A DNA stretch of 64,000 nt from an uncultured Alphaproteobacteria bacterium (GTDB lineage Bacteria; Pseudomonadota; Alphaproteobacteria; HIMB59; GCA-002718135): positions 25,434 to 89,433 of the forward strand of contig CACJWQ010000003.1 in the NCBI GenBank assembly GCA_902597015.1, given 5' to 3'. Below are positions 1 through 7,670 of this stretch, piece by piece. Position 1 is the stretch's first letter; the number at the start of each line of letters is the position of its first letter. A model generated the notes under the pieces. The model was given only the letters and a program-made list of their open reading frames with translations, did no database searches and had not been told where the DNA came from. Both the position numbers and the translations under genes were made by a program.

Positions 1-209
1 ATCTTGTTCTCCGTATCGACATCGTAAATTTCTTGAAGACGACTCCATTCTACTGGTTGTGTTCTTTTAATGAAATCAATGACGTGATCTCGGATTAAAC
101 AAAGATTACGGTCATATTCACTGAAATGGTTGGATGAATAACCCGCTGTGTTGAGGTGATCTTCAATTTGATCCTCAAATCTTTTCTCAGTAGGACTGAG
201 ACCATTCAT
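1..209 (-). CDS. hsdR: Type I restriction endonuclease subunit R, N-terminal part (runs off the window; not in the ORF track)
   Basis: Manual translation from ATG at 209, which overlaps the hsdS stop (ATGA): MNGLSPTEKRFEDQIEDHLNTAGYSSNHFSEYDRNLCLIRDHVIDFIKRTQPVEWSRLQEIY. This resembles the HsdR N-terminus (E..FE..IE..L...GY, FI..TQP.EW..L). It lies directly downstream of hsdM-hsdS. Confidence 0.85.
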   Translation of the reverse strand, partial: MNGLSPTEKRFEDQIEDHLNTAGYSSNHFSEYDRNLCLIRDHVIDFIKRTQPVEWSRLQEIYDVDTENK

Positions 210-1474
210 ATCATATCCTCTGAAACACTAACTTTCCCAGTCACGACTGAGGAGATTAAAGATTGTCTGTGCTCGTTTAGAACCAATATTCTATTTGTTT
301 CTAGATCGATTAATTTATCGATTTTTTGAGTAACTTTATTGATTCGTTCCACAATCTCGATTTGTTCTTGAAGACTTGGCAAAAACATTCCTAACGATAA
401 AAACTTCGTTGGTCTAATTGTTTTTCTAAGTCCAGAATAATGAGGTGCTAGTCCTTTAAACTCATCTATCGTGAGATAGTAATAATAGATAAACTCAGCA
501 GATACATCAGTAGAACAGTCAAACACTGTGTATGCTCCGGTTATCATTCCATCTTCATTAGAAAGTCCAACAGTTCTTGGGGTTTCGTCTATATCAAATA
601 AACAAAAAACAAACTGTCCTGCTTTAACTGTTTGGTATGTTTCAAAACTTTCTGGAAATTTTCCCTTCCCCGATTCCAAATCCCTTACAGTGACACCAGA
701 ACGTCTCAAACTTAGTAATGTGTGTTTCGTCCAATGCTCCCCAACAATATTTTTGGATAACTTCAAAAAGTTATTATTTCTTGTGAATTCCCAGTGCTTT
801 GGTATCTCTCCAATCCACTCCACACCACTATCTTTCATCTCAACAGTTGGATTGAGACCTTTGGTGACGTAGTAATTGATCATAAAGGTTCGTTGTTCTT
901 TAAGGAGATCAATTTTCTTCTGAATCTTCTCTACCAATGAATCAATCTGACTGGTCTTTTTATCGAGGTAACGAGAGATCAGTTCTTGCTCTTCGATGGG
1001 GGGAACTGTCAGGTATATATTAGAGAAATCATCCCAACCAATGTTTTTCCCCTGACGAATACCAGTAACGTTTTTATTCAATTCAATAATAAATTGATGT
1101 GATTTCATTAACCATCGAAAGTAAGGGTCATTAATTTTTCTAGTCTTTTCCAAAACTGTGTATGCAGGTGAAACAATTCCTTTAACTGTTGAAAGTTCCA
1201 ATCCACCTTCAAAAGATCTCAGACTAATAACAAAGTTACTTGGTTCAATGAGTTTATAACCCGAAACATCTTCAGTCGGGTTCCAAACATTCAAGTCTGA
1301 CTCACTTCTTAAAACCACACCATCTTTTTGAGTCACTGACAAAAGAGGTTGATCAGGACAGTTCTTGATCGATTTATTCCTAAAAATGAATTTTGATCTT
1401 TTTACTGACCAATGTTTAGGTATTTCAGGAACCCAATCTAAACCAGTATTCTCATATGACTCATATCTATTCAT
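206..1474 (-). CDS. hsdS: Type I R-M specificity subunit S (two TRDs)
   Basis: Repeated conserved blocks GLDWVPEIPKHW and SGVEWIGEIPKHW, PPIEEQ and PSLQEQ, VTKGL, and C-terminal VVTGK. Confidence 0.95.
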   Translation of the reverse strand: MNRYESYENTGLDWVPEIPKHWSVKRSKFIFRNKSIKNCPDQPLLSVTQKDGVVLRSESDLNVWNPTEDVSGYKLIEPSNFVISLRSFEGGLELSTVKGIVSPAYTVLEKTRKINDPYFRWLMKSHQFIIELNKNVTGIRQGKNIGWDDFSNIYLTVPPIEEQELISRYLDKKTSQIDSLVEKIQKKIDLLKEQRTFMINYYVTKGLNPTVEMKDSGVEWIGEIPKHWEFTRNNNFLKLSKNIVGEHWTKHTLLSLRRSGVTVRDLESGKGKFPESFETYQTVKAGQFVFCLFDIDETPRTVGLSNEDGMITGAYTVFDCSTDVSAEFIYYYYLTIDEFKGLAPHYSGLRKTIRPTKFLSLGMFLPSLQEQIEIVERINKVTQKIDKLIDLETNRILVLNEHRQSLISSVVTGKVSVSEDMI

Positions 1475-3173
1475 TAGTCATCTCCAACGACAACTTTTGA
1501 ATTTCATCATCGAGAGTTTTGAGATCACTGGAGATCTCTTCCAAACTTCTCAGTGGGGTGAATTGATAGAAATACTTGGTGAAGTTTATCTCATATCCAA
1601 TTTTATCTTTTGACCGATCCATCCATGACTCAGGTAAATGAGATTTTACTTCACGGTCGTAGTAATAATCAATACTTTCCGAAAGAGGAACTCGTTCTGT
1701 ATCTCGTTTTGAAGTATCTGGTTTGGGGTTTCCATGTTTGTCTTTTTTCATATCACCATCTACAATTAATGGTTGTTCAACAATAATTTTGGTGTATCCA
1801 AAGAAATTATTTGGATAAATTTTACAGAACTCATTTTCTTTATTACCCTGATAAATTTCAAATAATTGTTGGATTTGTTCGTCATTAATATATTTACCCT
1901 TATCACCAAGATTTTTTCTCATTGAAGTTGAGAATGAGGTTCCATCAATGAGTTGAACATTTCCTTTACGATCAGAAGACTTTTTGTTTGTTACAATCCA
2001 AATGTAAGTTGTGATACCGGTATTGAAGAACATCCGATCAGGAAGAGATATAATGCATTCCAACCAGTCATTCTCAATAATCCACTTACGAATTTCTGAC
2101 TCACCACTTCCGGCATCACCAGTAAATAGCGGCGAACCGTTGAAGACTATACCAATTCTTGAACCTGAAGATTCCATTTTACTAATTAAATGCTGTAAAA
2201 ATAACAATGAACCATCTGAAGTTCTTGGTGTTCCAACTGAAAACCTTCCATTTGAGTCTTTCTCTTCTTGTTTTACAAAGTTCTCTTCTGATTTCCAACT
2301 AACACCAAATGGAGGGTTCGTAATCATATAATCAAACTTTCTATCTGGAAATTGATCTTCTGATAGTGAAGATAATGGGCCTTGTATATTTTCTGGATTT
2401 TCATCTGACATTAAAAAATCAGACTTACATATTGCATAAGTTACATCGTTTAATTCTTGTCCAAATAATTCCACTTTTAAATCTTTATTGATATTTTCTT
2501 TAATCCAATCTTTGCCGATAGTTAACATTCCTCCTGTTCCACAACAGGGATCATAAACAGATCGGATTTTTCCTTCTCCTTGTAAATTTTCCTTATCTCC
2601 TCCGAATACAAAAGAGACTAAAAGTTTTACGATATCTCTGGGTGTAAAATGATCACCGCTTTCTTCATTAGACATCTCTGAAAATTTACGAAGAAGTTCT
2701 TCATAAAGAGAACCCATCTGATGATTATCAATTTTACTAGGATGTAAATCAAACTCAGTAAATTTATCAATAAGTAGATATAGTTTTTTATTTTTGTTTA
2801 ACTTTGTAACTAAAGGATCTATTTGAAAATTTTCAATAATATTTAATACATTTTTAGAATATCCATTGATGTAATTTTCAAAATTTTTAAAAACGTTGTT
2901 AGGGTCACTTTTTAATCGTAGTAAGTCGTATTTTGAATAATTAAAAAAGGGTAATTTGAGCTGTCCTTGTATAACTGAAGTTGGATCTTTTAAATCTTTC
3001 TTATATTTTTCATATAGTTCGTGTGCTTTATCTTTTTGCGGCTCTAAAACACAATCTAATCTTCTAAGCACTACAAAAGGGAGGATAATTCTTCCGTATT
3101 CACTGGGTTTAAACATACCCCTTAGAACATCATCTGCAGTACTCCATATTAAAGATGACAAATTTTGATTCAT
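1467..3173 (-). CDS. hsdM: Type I R-M N6-adenine methyltransferase subunit M
   Basis: GDHFTPRD, YDPCCGTGGML (SAM binding), GQELN, NPPF catalytic motif, NGSPLFTGDAGSGESEIR. Confidence 0.96.
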   Translation of the reverse strand: MNQNLSSLIWSTADDVLRGMFKPSEYGRIILPFVVLRRLDCVLEPQKDKAHELYEKYKKDLKDPTSVIQGQLKLPFFNYSKYDLLRLKSDPNNVFKNFENYINGYSKNVLNIIENFQIDPLVTKLNKNKKLYLLIDKFTEFDLHPSKIDNHQMGSLYEELLRKFSEMSNEESGDHFTPRDIVKLLVSFVFGGDKENLQGEGKIRSVYDPCCGTGGMLTIGKDWIKENINKDLKVELFGQELNDVTYAICKSDFLMSDENPENIQGPLSSLSEDQFPDRKFDYMITNPPFGVSWKSEENFVKQEEKDSNGRFSVGTPRTSDGSLLFLQHLISKMESSGSRIGIVFNGSPLFTGDAGSGESEIRKWIIENDWLECIISLPDRMFFNTGITTYIWIVTNKKSSDRKGNVQLIDGTSFSTSMRKNLGDKGKYINDEQIQQLFEIYQGNKENEFCKIYPNNFFGYTKIIVEQPLIVDGDMKKDKHGNPKPDTSKRDTERVPLSESIDYYYDREVKSHLPESWMDRSKDKIGYEINFTKYFYQFTPLRSLEEISSDLKTLDDEIQKLSLEMTNE

Positions 3174-3194
3174 AATTTTGAATTAAATAACGTA

Positions 3195-3650
3195 TTATAG
3201 ATAATTATCATCATCAAGAGGGGACATATATCCATTTTCTATTTCATCCAAGATATTTTGGCTTAATTTAGCTAATTTTAAAGCTTGATTGAGTGTCCAT
3301 ATTTGTTTTGAGGCAATATGAATATTATATGGTTTAATGCCTTTTTTTATATCTGATAGTTCTTCCTTTATTTTTAAAATCAAAAAATCAGCTGCTGAAA
3401 TAGAGTTTGAAGATAACCTCGATAGCTTTATAGCTTTTCCCATAAAATCTTTTCTCATCTTTATTATTTCTTTAAGATTGATTCTTTCTTTTCTTTTTGA
3501 AAGCCAGCCTTCATTAGCTGCTTGCTTTCTTAGTGTTGATAAAGAATAATTGAATTCAGTAGCGATATCTTGAAGAGTAGGGTACTCATTTCTCTCACCT
3601 TTTATGTAATAATTACGTGCTTCAGTATAATCAGTACGTTTTCTTGTCAT
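3195..3650 (-). CDS. Hypothetical helix-turn-helix DNA-binding protein (N-terminus resembles the terminase-small-subunit-type HTH)
   Basis: DYTEARNYYIKG...PTLQDIATEFNYSLSTLRKQAANEGW fits an HTH with the A..EGW ending. It is co-oriented with hsdM, 21 bp upstream. Confidence 0.55.
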   Translation of the reverse strand: MTRKRTDYTEARNYYIKGERNEYPTLQDIATEFNYSLSTLRKQAANEGWLSKRKERINLKEIIKMRKDFMGKAIKLSRLSSNSISAADFLILKIKEELSDIKKGIKPYNIHIASKQIWTLNQALKLAKLSQNILDEIENGYMSPLDDDNYL

Positions 3651-3670
3651 AAAAACATTAATGCGAATGA

Positions 3671-3684
3671 TTCTTTATAAAGAA
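3671..3684. promoter_or_regulatory. Perfect 14-bp palindrome TTCTTTATAAAGAA, candidate operator
   Basis: Read directly. It lies 20 bp upstream of the HTH gene start. The AT-rich context lowers its significance. Confidence 0.35.
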
Positions 3685-3733
3685 AGTTCTAGAAAAAAAT
3701 TTTTGTTTAAAAAAATTTAATAACGTTAATAAA

Positions 3734-4459
3734 TTAATTTTTTAAATTGTTTAAAAGTAAGTTTTTAAATTCCTCAACAGCAACTGTAGCAGGTTTATGA
3801 ATAGCAAAATCAAATTGATCTTGATTACTTGATGGTTCTAGATTTAATTCAATTGTTGGTTTGCGCAAATCTTTAAACATCGTAACAAAACCAGCAGCAG
3901 GGTAGACTTGTCCTGAAGTGCCTATAGAAACAAATAGACTAGATTGTTCGGCCAAATCATGAATTTCATCCATTTGCATAGGCATTTCACCAAACCATAC
4001 GATGTGAGGTCTCATTTGAGAGCCGCATTTAGGGCATTTATGAGTCTCATTTAGGTCCTCTGTCCACTCAAAAACATGATTATCATTCATTATACATCTC
4101 GCCTTATTTAGCTCACCGTGCATATGAATTATTGATGATGATCCTCCAATCTCATGCAAATTATCGATATTTTGTGTAACTATATGAATTTTATATGTTT
4201 TTTCTAATTCATGAAGAAGAATATGGGCCTTATTTGGCTTAATTCCTGAATTTAGTTCTTTTCGACGTTTATTGTAAAAATCATAAACAAGAGTAGGGTT
4301 TCTATAGAATCCTTCAGGACTGGCAACATCTTCAATTCTATGATTGTTCCAAAGTCCATCAGAGTCTCTGAATGTTTCAATTCCAGATTCTTTACTTATA
4401 CCAGCACCGGTTAATACAAAGATCTGGGAATCAGCTGAAATCTCCGGTAATTGTTCCAT
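3734..4459 (-). CDS. cobB: NAD-dependent protein deacylase (class III sirtuin)
   Basis: LTGAGISKESGIETFR, FYNKRR, TQNIDNLHE, HMHGEL, RPHIVWFGE, GTSGQVYPAAG. ATG at 4459 is preferred over GTG at 4468. Confidence 0.92.
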   Translation of the reverse strand: MEQLPEISADSQIFVLTGAGISKESGIETFRDSDGLWNNHRIEDVASPEGFYRNPTLVYDFYNKRRKELNSGIKPNKAHILLHELEKTYKIHIVTQNIDNLHEIGGSSSIIHMHGELNKARCIMNDNHVFEWTEDLNETHKCPKCGSQMRPHIVWFGEMPMQMDEIHDLAEQSSLFVSIGTSGQVYPAAGFVTMFKDLRKPTIELNLEPSSNQDQFDFAIHKPATVAVEEFKNLLLNNLKN

Positions 4460-4586
4460 TTTGTACACTATATACAGTATTTTATTACACGTGAAAATCT
4501 ATATCTAGTTTATAATATTATAATCGTAATTAATTAATTTAATTAATATATTGATTTATAATGATTATTTTTATTACTTGACTATT

Positions 4587-4614
4587 ATTTACGATAACTG
4601 TAATTATCGTAATA
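4587..4614. other. dif/att-like recombination core site ATTTACGATAA-CTGTAA-TTATCGTAATA
   Basis: Perfect 9-bp inverted arms TTACGATAA (4589-4597) and TTATCGTAA (4604-4612) with a 6-bp asymmetric spacer. The 9-bp core ends 8 bp before the recombinase ATG, and TTGACT at 4578 overlaps the region. Confidence 0.65.
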
Positions 4615-4620
4615 TATAAT

Positions 4621-5679
4621 ATGGTTAAAATATCACTAAATGAAAACGTAAGTAAACTAAAGGAAAAATCCAAAGCTAAAAATACTCAGGATAAATATCA
4701 AGGAGATTGGTTAAAGTTTATAGATTATTGCAAAAATAAATACAATTGCAGTCCTTTAGATGTTGATGATCTAGATAGCGCTTACGCATTAACAGCTAAT
4801 TATATGGATTGGTTACATGAAGATCCAGAAGCAAAAATACTCAAAGGATCGAGCAACATACCGGGTAGAGAAAATGTAAATAACAACCCCTACTCCTCTA
4901 CTGCCTATAAGGCTTCCACTATACAAAGAATCTTAGCATCTATTACATATAAATATAGAGTTAACGGATTTCAATTTGATAGAAAAAATCCTAATATTTC
5001 TGAAACAATTAGTGCAATTGTAAGAGATGAAAAAAATAATAAATCTGGTCAAGCAAGAGAGTTGTTAAAAGCAGATATTGAAAAAATTATTGATAATATT
5101 CCAAATGATAATGAAGATTTTAGAAACATAAGAGATAGAGCTCTTATTTTAATTGGTTTTTATAGTTTTTGTAGAAGATCTGAGCTTTTAGGCATGAAAT
5201 ATGAACATCTAAATTTTGAAGAAGATGGTGTTCAAGTATTAATACCTTTTTCTAAGACTGATCAAAAAGGTGAAGGAAGAATGATCTATTTACCTAAAAA
5301 TAATTCACCTTATTGTCCCGTATCTGCGTTAAAGAATTGGTTAGAGGTAGCACTAATTGATTCAGGTCCACTCTTTTATAAAATTAACAAAGCTAATAAT
5401 ATAGAAAAATATATTCTTAATAATAAGAATCAAAAAGTAAGCTTGACTGACACAAGTTTTGTTTTAATTTTAAAGAAAAGAGCTGAGGACGCAGGTATAG
5501 AAAATTGTGATAAAATTTCTGGTCACAGCTTAAGAATAGGTTCGATTACTCAGGCTAGAATGAATGGAGTACCTACTCATGAAATTATGGCTCAAAGCGG
5601 TCATAAGACAACGCAAATGATAGATAGATATACAAAGCTAACAAATATAAAAGAAACTAGTGCAGCAAAAAAATTATAA
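4621..5679 (+). CDS. Tyrosine recombinase/integrase, Cre-like
   Basis: RDRALILIGFYSFCRRSEL (R), SKTDQKG (K), GHSLRIG (HxxR), GHKTTQMIDRY (H...Y), and an N-terminal SAM-like domain (AKNTQDKYQGDW, STIQRILASI). Confidence 0.93.
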   Translation: MVKISLNENVSKLKEKSKAKNTQDKYQGDWLKFIDYCKNKYNCSPLDVDDLDSAYALTANYMDWLHEDPEAKILKGSSNIPGRENVNNNPYSSTAYKASTIQRILASITYKYRVNGFQFDRKNPNISETISAIVRDEKNNKSGQARELLKADIEKIIDNIPNDNEDFRNIRDRALILIGFYSFCRRSELLGMKYEHLNFEEDGVQVLIPFSKTDQKGEGRMIYLPKNNSPYCPVSALKNWLEVALIDSGPLFYKINKANNIEKYILNNKNQKVSLTDTSFVLILKKRAEDAGIENCDKISGHSLRIGSITQARMNGVPTHEIMAQSGHKTTQMIDRYTKLTNIKETSAAKKL

Positions 5680-5680
5680 A

Positions 5681-6106
5681 TTAATAAAATGCAATTGCTG
5701 CTGCAATTAAAACTATTACTAACAGCCCTCTTACACTCATTGTAGCTATTTTCATTATAGATTTGTTAGGTTGTGAATTATTTTTAGAGCAATTAAAAAC
5801 GTGAAAATTTACATAAGCAGATAGGCCTAAAAGAAAACCTGCAGCAATTAATTTGATTGTAAATGCACTATTAATAATAAAGCCTCCATATAAATTAATT
5901 GAAAGAATAATTCCTGATATCCATAAGATAATAAGAGATATTAAACCTATGTAACCAAGTAATTTTAATATCTTTGCTGTATTTAAATCAGGAATTTGAT
6001 TTGCCTTAGCATAAACAGACTGTATTACTCCACCACCAACCAAAACACCGCCTGAAAAAACTATTGCAAGGTAATGTATGAACTTTAGTATAATTATTAT
6101 CGTCAT
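5681..6106 (-). CDS. Hypothetical 4-TM membrane protein
   Basis: Four hydrophobic segments and an N-terminal LKFIHYLA motif. Confidence 0.7.
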   Translation of the reverse strand: MTIIIILKFIHYLAIVFSGGVLVGGGVIQSVYAKANQIPDLNTAKILKLLGYIGLISLIILWISGIILSINLYGGFIINSAFTIKLIAAGFLLGLSAYVNFHVFNCSKNNSQPNKSIMKIATMSVRGLLVIVLIAAAIAFY

Positions 6107-6152
6107 TAAAATTTAATATTAACTTATTATTTTTATAGTATTATAATTATGT

Positions 6153-6692
6153 ATGAAAATAAAAAAAGGAGATAAATTAGAAGAAATTACCCTACCTCGA
6201 CATGATGGTAATCAATTTAATTTATCAGATACTAAAGGAAAAAAAGTTTTATTAACTTTTTATAGAGTTGCTGGATGCACTTTTTGTAATTTAAGACTAC
6301 TTGAGTTTAATAAAAGATTTAATGAATTTGGTCCAAATTTCACCCACGTAGGAATTTTTCATTCAAATGTTAATCTTTTGAAATCAAATATGAAGAAGCA
6401 CGGCCCCATTCCATTTACAGTGTTAGCTGATGAAGAATTTAAATATTTTCAAAAATATTCAATAGAGCGAAGTTGGTTTAAGTTATTTTTAGCAGGAATT
6501 TATAAAACATTTGCTATCTTTCCGGCTTTAATAAGAGGATTCATGCCTATTCCTCTTGGAGGATATTTTAACACTGCAGTAACAGATGTAATGATTAATG
6601 AAGAAGGTATCGTAGAAGAAGTTTTATATGCAAAAAAACATGCCGCGGATCATTTTGCATTTAATAAAGTAAAAGAATTTTCTTTAAATTGA
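6153..6692 (+). CDS. AhpC/TSA-family redoxin
   Basis: KKGDKLEEITL...FNLSDTKGKKVLLTFYRVAGCTFCNL (thioredoxin-fold CxxC). Confidence 0.8.
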   Translation: MKIKKGDKLEEITLPRHDGNQFNLSDTKGKKVLLTFYRVAGCTFCNLRLLEFNKRFNEFGPNFTHVGIFHSNVNLLKSNMKKHGPIPFTVLADEEFKYFQKYSIERSWFKLFLAGIYKTFAIFPALIRGFMPIPLGGYFNTAVTDVMINEEGIVEEVLYAKKHAADHFAFNKVKEFSLN

Positions 6693-6719
6693 AAAGCTGG
6701 GAATTGAATCCCAGCTTTT
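6692..6719. terminator. Bidirectional intrinsic terminator
   Basis: AAAAGCTGGGA-ATTGAA-TCCCAGCTTTT hairpin between convergent genes, with A/T tails on both sides. Confidence 0.85.
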
Positions 6720-6721
6720 AG

Positions 6722-7132
6722 TTACATATAAATTATATCTGACATATTATATATAAGGTATATTGATACAAATAAAAATACATGCCCTATTACTTCATCA
6801 GCGACATCACTTTTTGCATCCGGGTCTATAAATTTTAATCTTTGGGCCCAACTTAAAATAACTTGAGCAAAAGAAAGTAAAAATCCGTTTACAAAAAATA
6901 TCCAGCAAGATTGAGGTCCGTTTTCTCTAAATAATATCCAAATTCCAATTATTACTATTGGCAAAATAAATGTTCCTATGATTCTTACAATTGGCAAAGC
7001 CTTTTCTCCTAAATCATATCTTGTAACAAGTGAATTTGGTGAAAATATAGTTAGGAAACCATAGTAAGATATGCCTAATAAATTAATTAAAAATAAAATT
7101 AGATTTAAAGTACCTCCAAAATTTTCAACCAT
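6722..7132 (-). CDS. Hypothetical membrane protein (paralog of 7153..7569)
   Basis: MVENFGG start, 4 TM segments, GPQSCWIFF, AGGAG RBS. Confidence 0.75.
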   Translation of the reverse strand: MVENFGGTLNLILFLINLLGISYYGFLTIFSPNSLVTRYDLGEKALPIVRIIGTFILPIVIIGIWILFRENGPQSCWIFFVNGFLLSFAQVILSWAQRLKFIDPDAKSDVADEVIGHVFLFVSIYLIYNMSDIIYM

Positions 7133-7152
7133 AATTACTCCTTTTAAAATTA

Positions 7153-7569
7153 TTATAGATAAATTTTATCAGATAAACCATAAATTATAATTAAGTTTAG
7201 TACTAGAACAACTGCTGATACAATTGGCTGTTCTATTGTCGAATTAACCTTATCTCTTCCAAAAAGGAAAGCTATTTTAAAATGAAAACAAAAATTGTAG
7301 ACAGTTGCCATTGCAAAGACAATAACATTAATTATAAAGAAAGGCCAAGTACCTTCGGGTCCAGTAAATAAAATATAAAGCCCAACAAAGAAAAAAGCAG
7401 TAACCCAAAAAATTCCAAAATTCGCTGCAGGTGCAGCACTTGAATCAGTGTTATATTTTGCGAATTCTTTTTCTTTATTAAATAAAAATGTAAATGAATA
7501 ATAACCAGCTAATGCAATGTTAATTATGTATAAAATCAAATAAAAAATACCATTAAAATTTTCAACCAT
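7153..7569 (-). CDS. Hypothetical membrane protein (paralog of 6722..7132)
   Basis: MVENFNG start, GPEGTWPFF, SDKIYL end, AGGAG RBS. Confidence 0.75.
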   Translation of the reverse strand: MVENFNGIFYLILYIINIALAGYYSFTFLFNKEKEFAKYNTDSSAAPAANFGIFWVTAFFFVGLYILFTGPEGTWPFFIINVIVFAMATVYNFCFHFKIAFLFGRDKVNSTIEQPIVSAVVLVLNLIIIYGLSDKIYL

Positions 7570-7670
7570 AAATACTCCTAAATTTATAATATAATATTTT
7601 GTCTAGATTCTCTGACTTAAGTTGACACATTTTAGTAGAAATAATATTTAAAATTAGTTAAAAAATATAT

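Larger units (their letters stand above)
1..3173. mobile_element. Compositionally foreign type I R-M cassette (part of a probable genomic island continuing left of the window)
   Basis: Defence genes with higher G+C than the flanking backbone by eye and a sharp GpC depletion that ends at the hsdM start. A tyrosine recombinase lies about 1.4 kb to the right. Island boundaries and att duplications are not visible. Confidence 0.55.

Noticed and set aside
3660-3678. Fur-box-like AATGCGAATGATTCTTTAT
   Set aside because: The right half matches poorly and no iron-related gene is adjacent, so it is too weak in an AT-rich spacer.
3734-4459. Sirtuin next to R-M genes as an anti-phage SIR2 NADase (Thoeris/DSR type)
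   Set aside because: It has the full CobB deacylase motif set (GAGISxESG, HG, FGE, Y..R) and no fused sensor domain, so it looks like a housekeeping enzyme.
206-5679. Recombinase-driven hsdS shufflon (phase-variable type I system)
   Set aside because: Only one hsdS is visible, with no silent TRD cassettes or flanking inverted repeats. Sequence left of the window is unseen.
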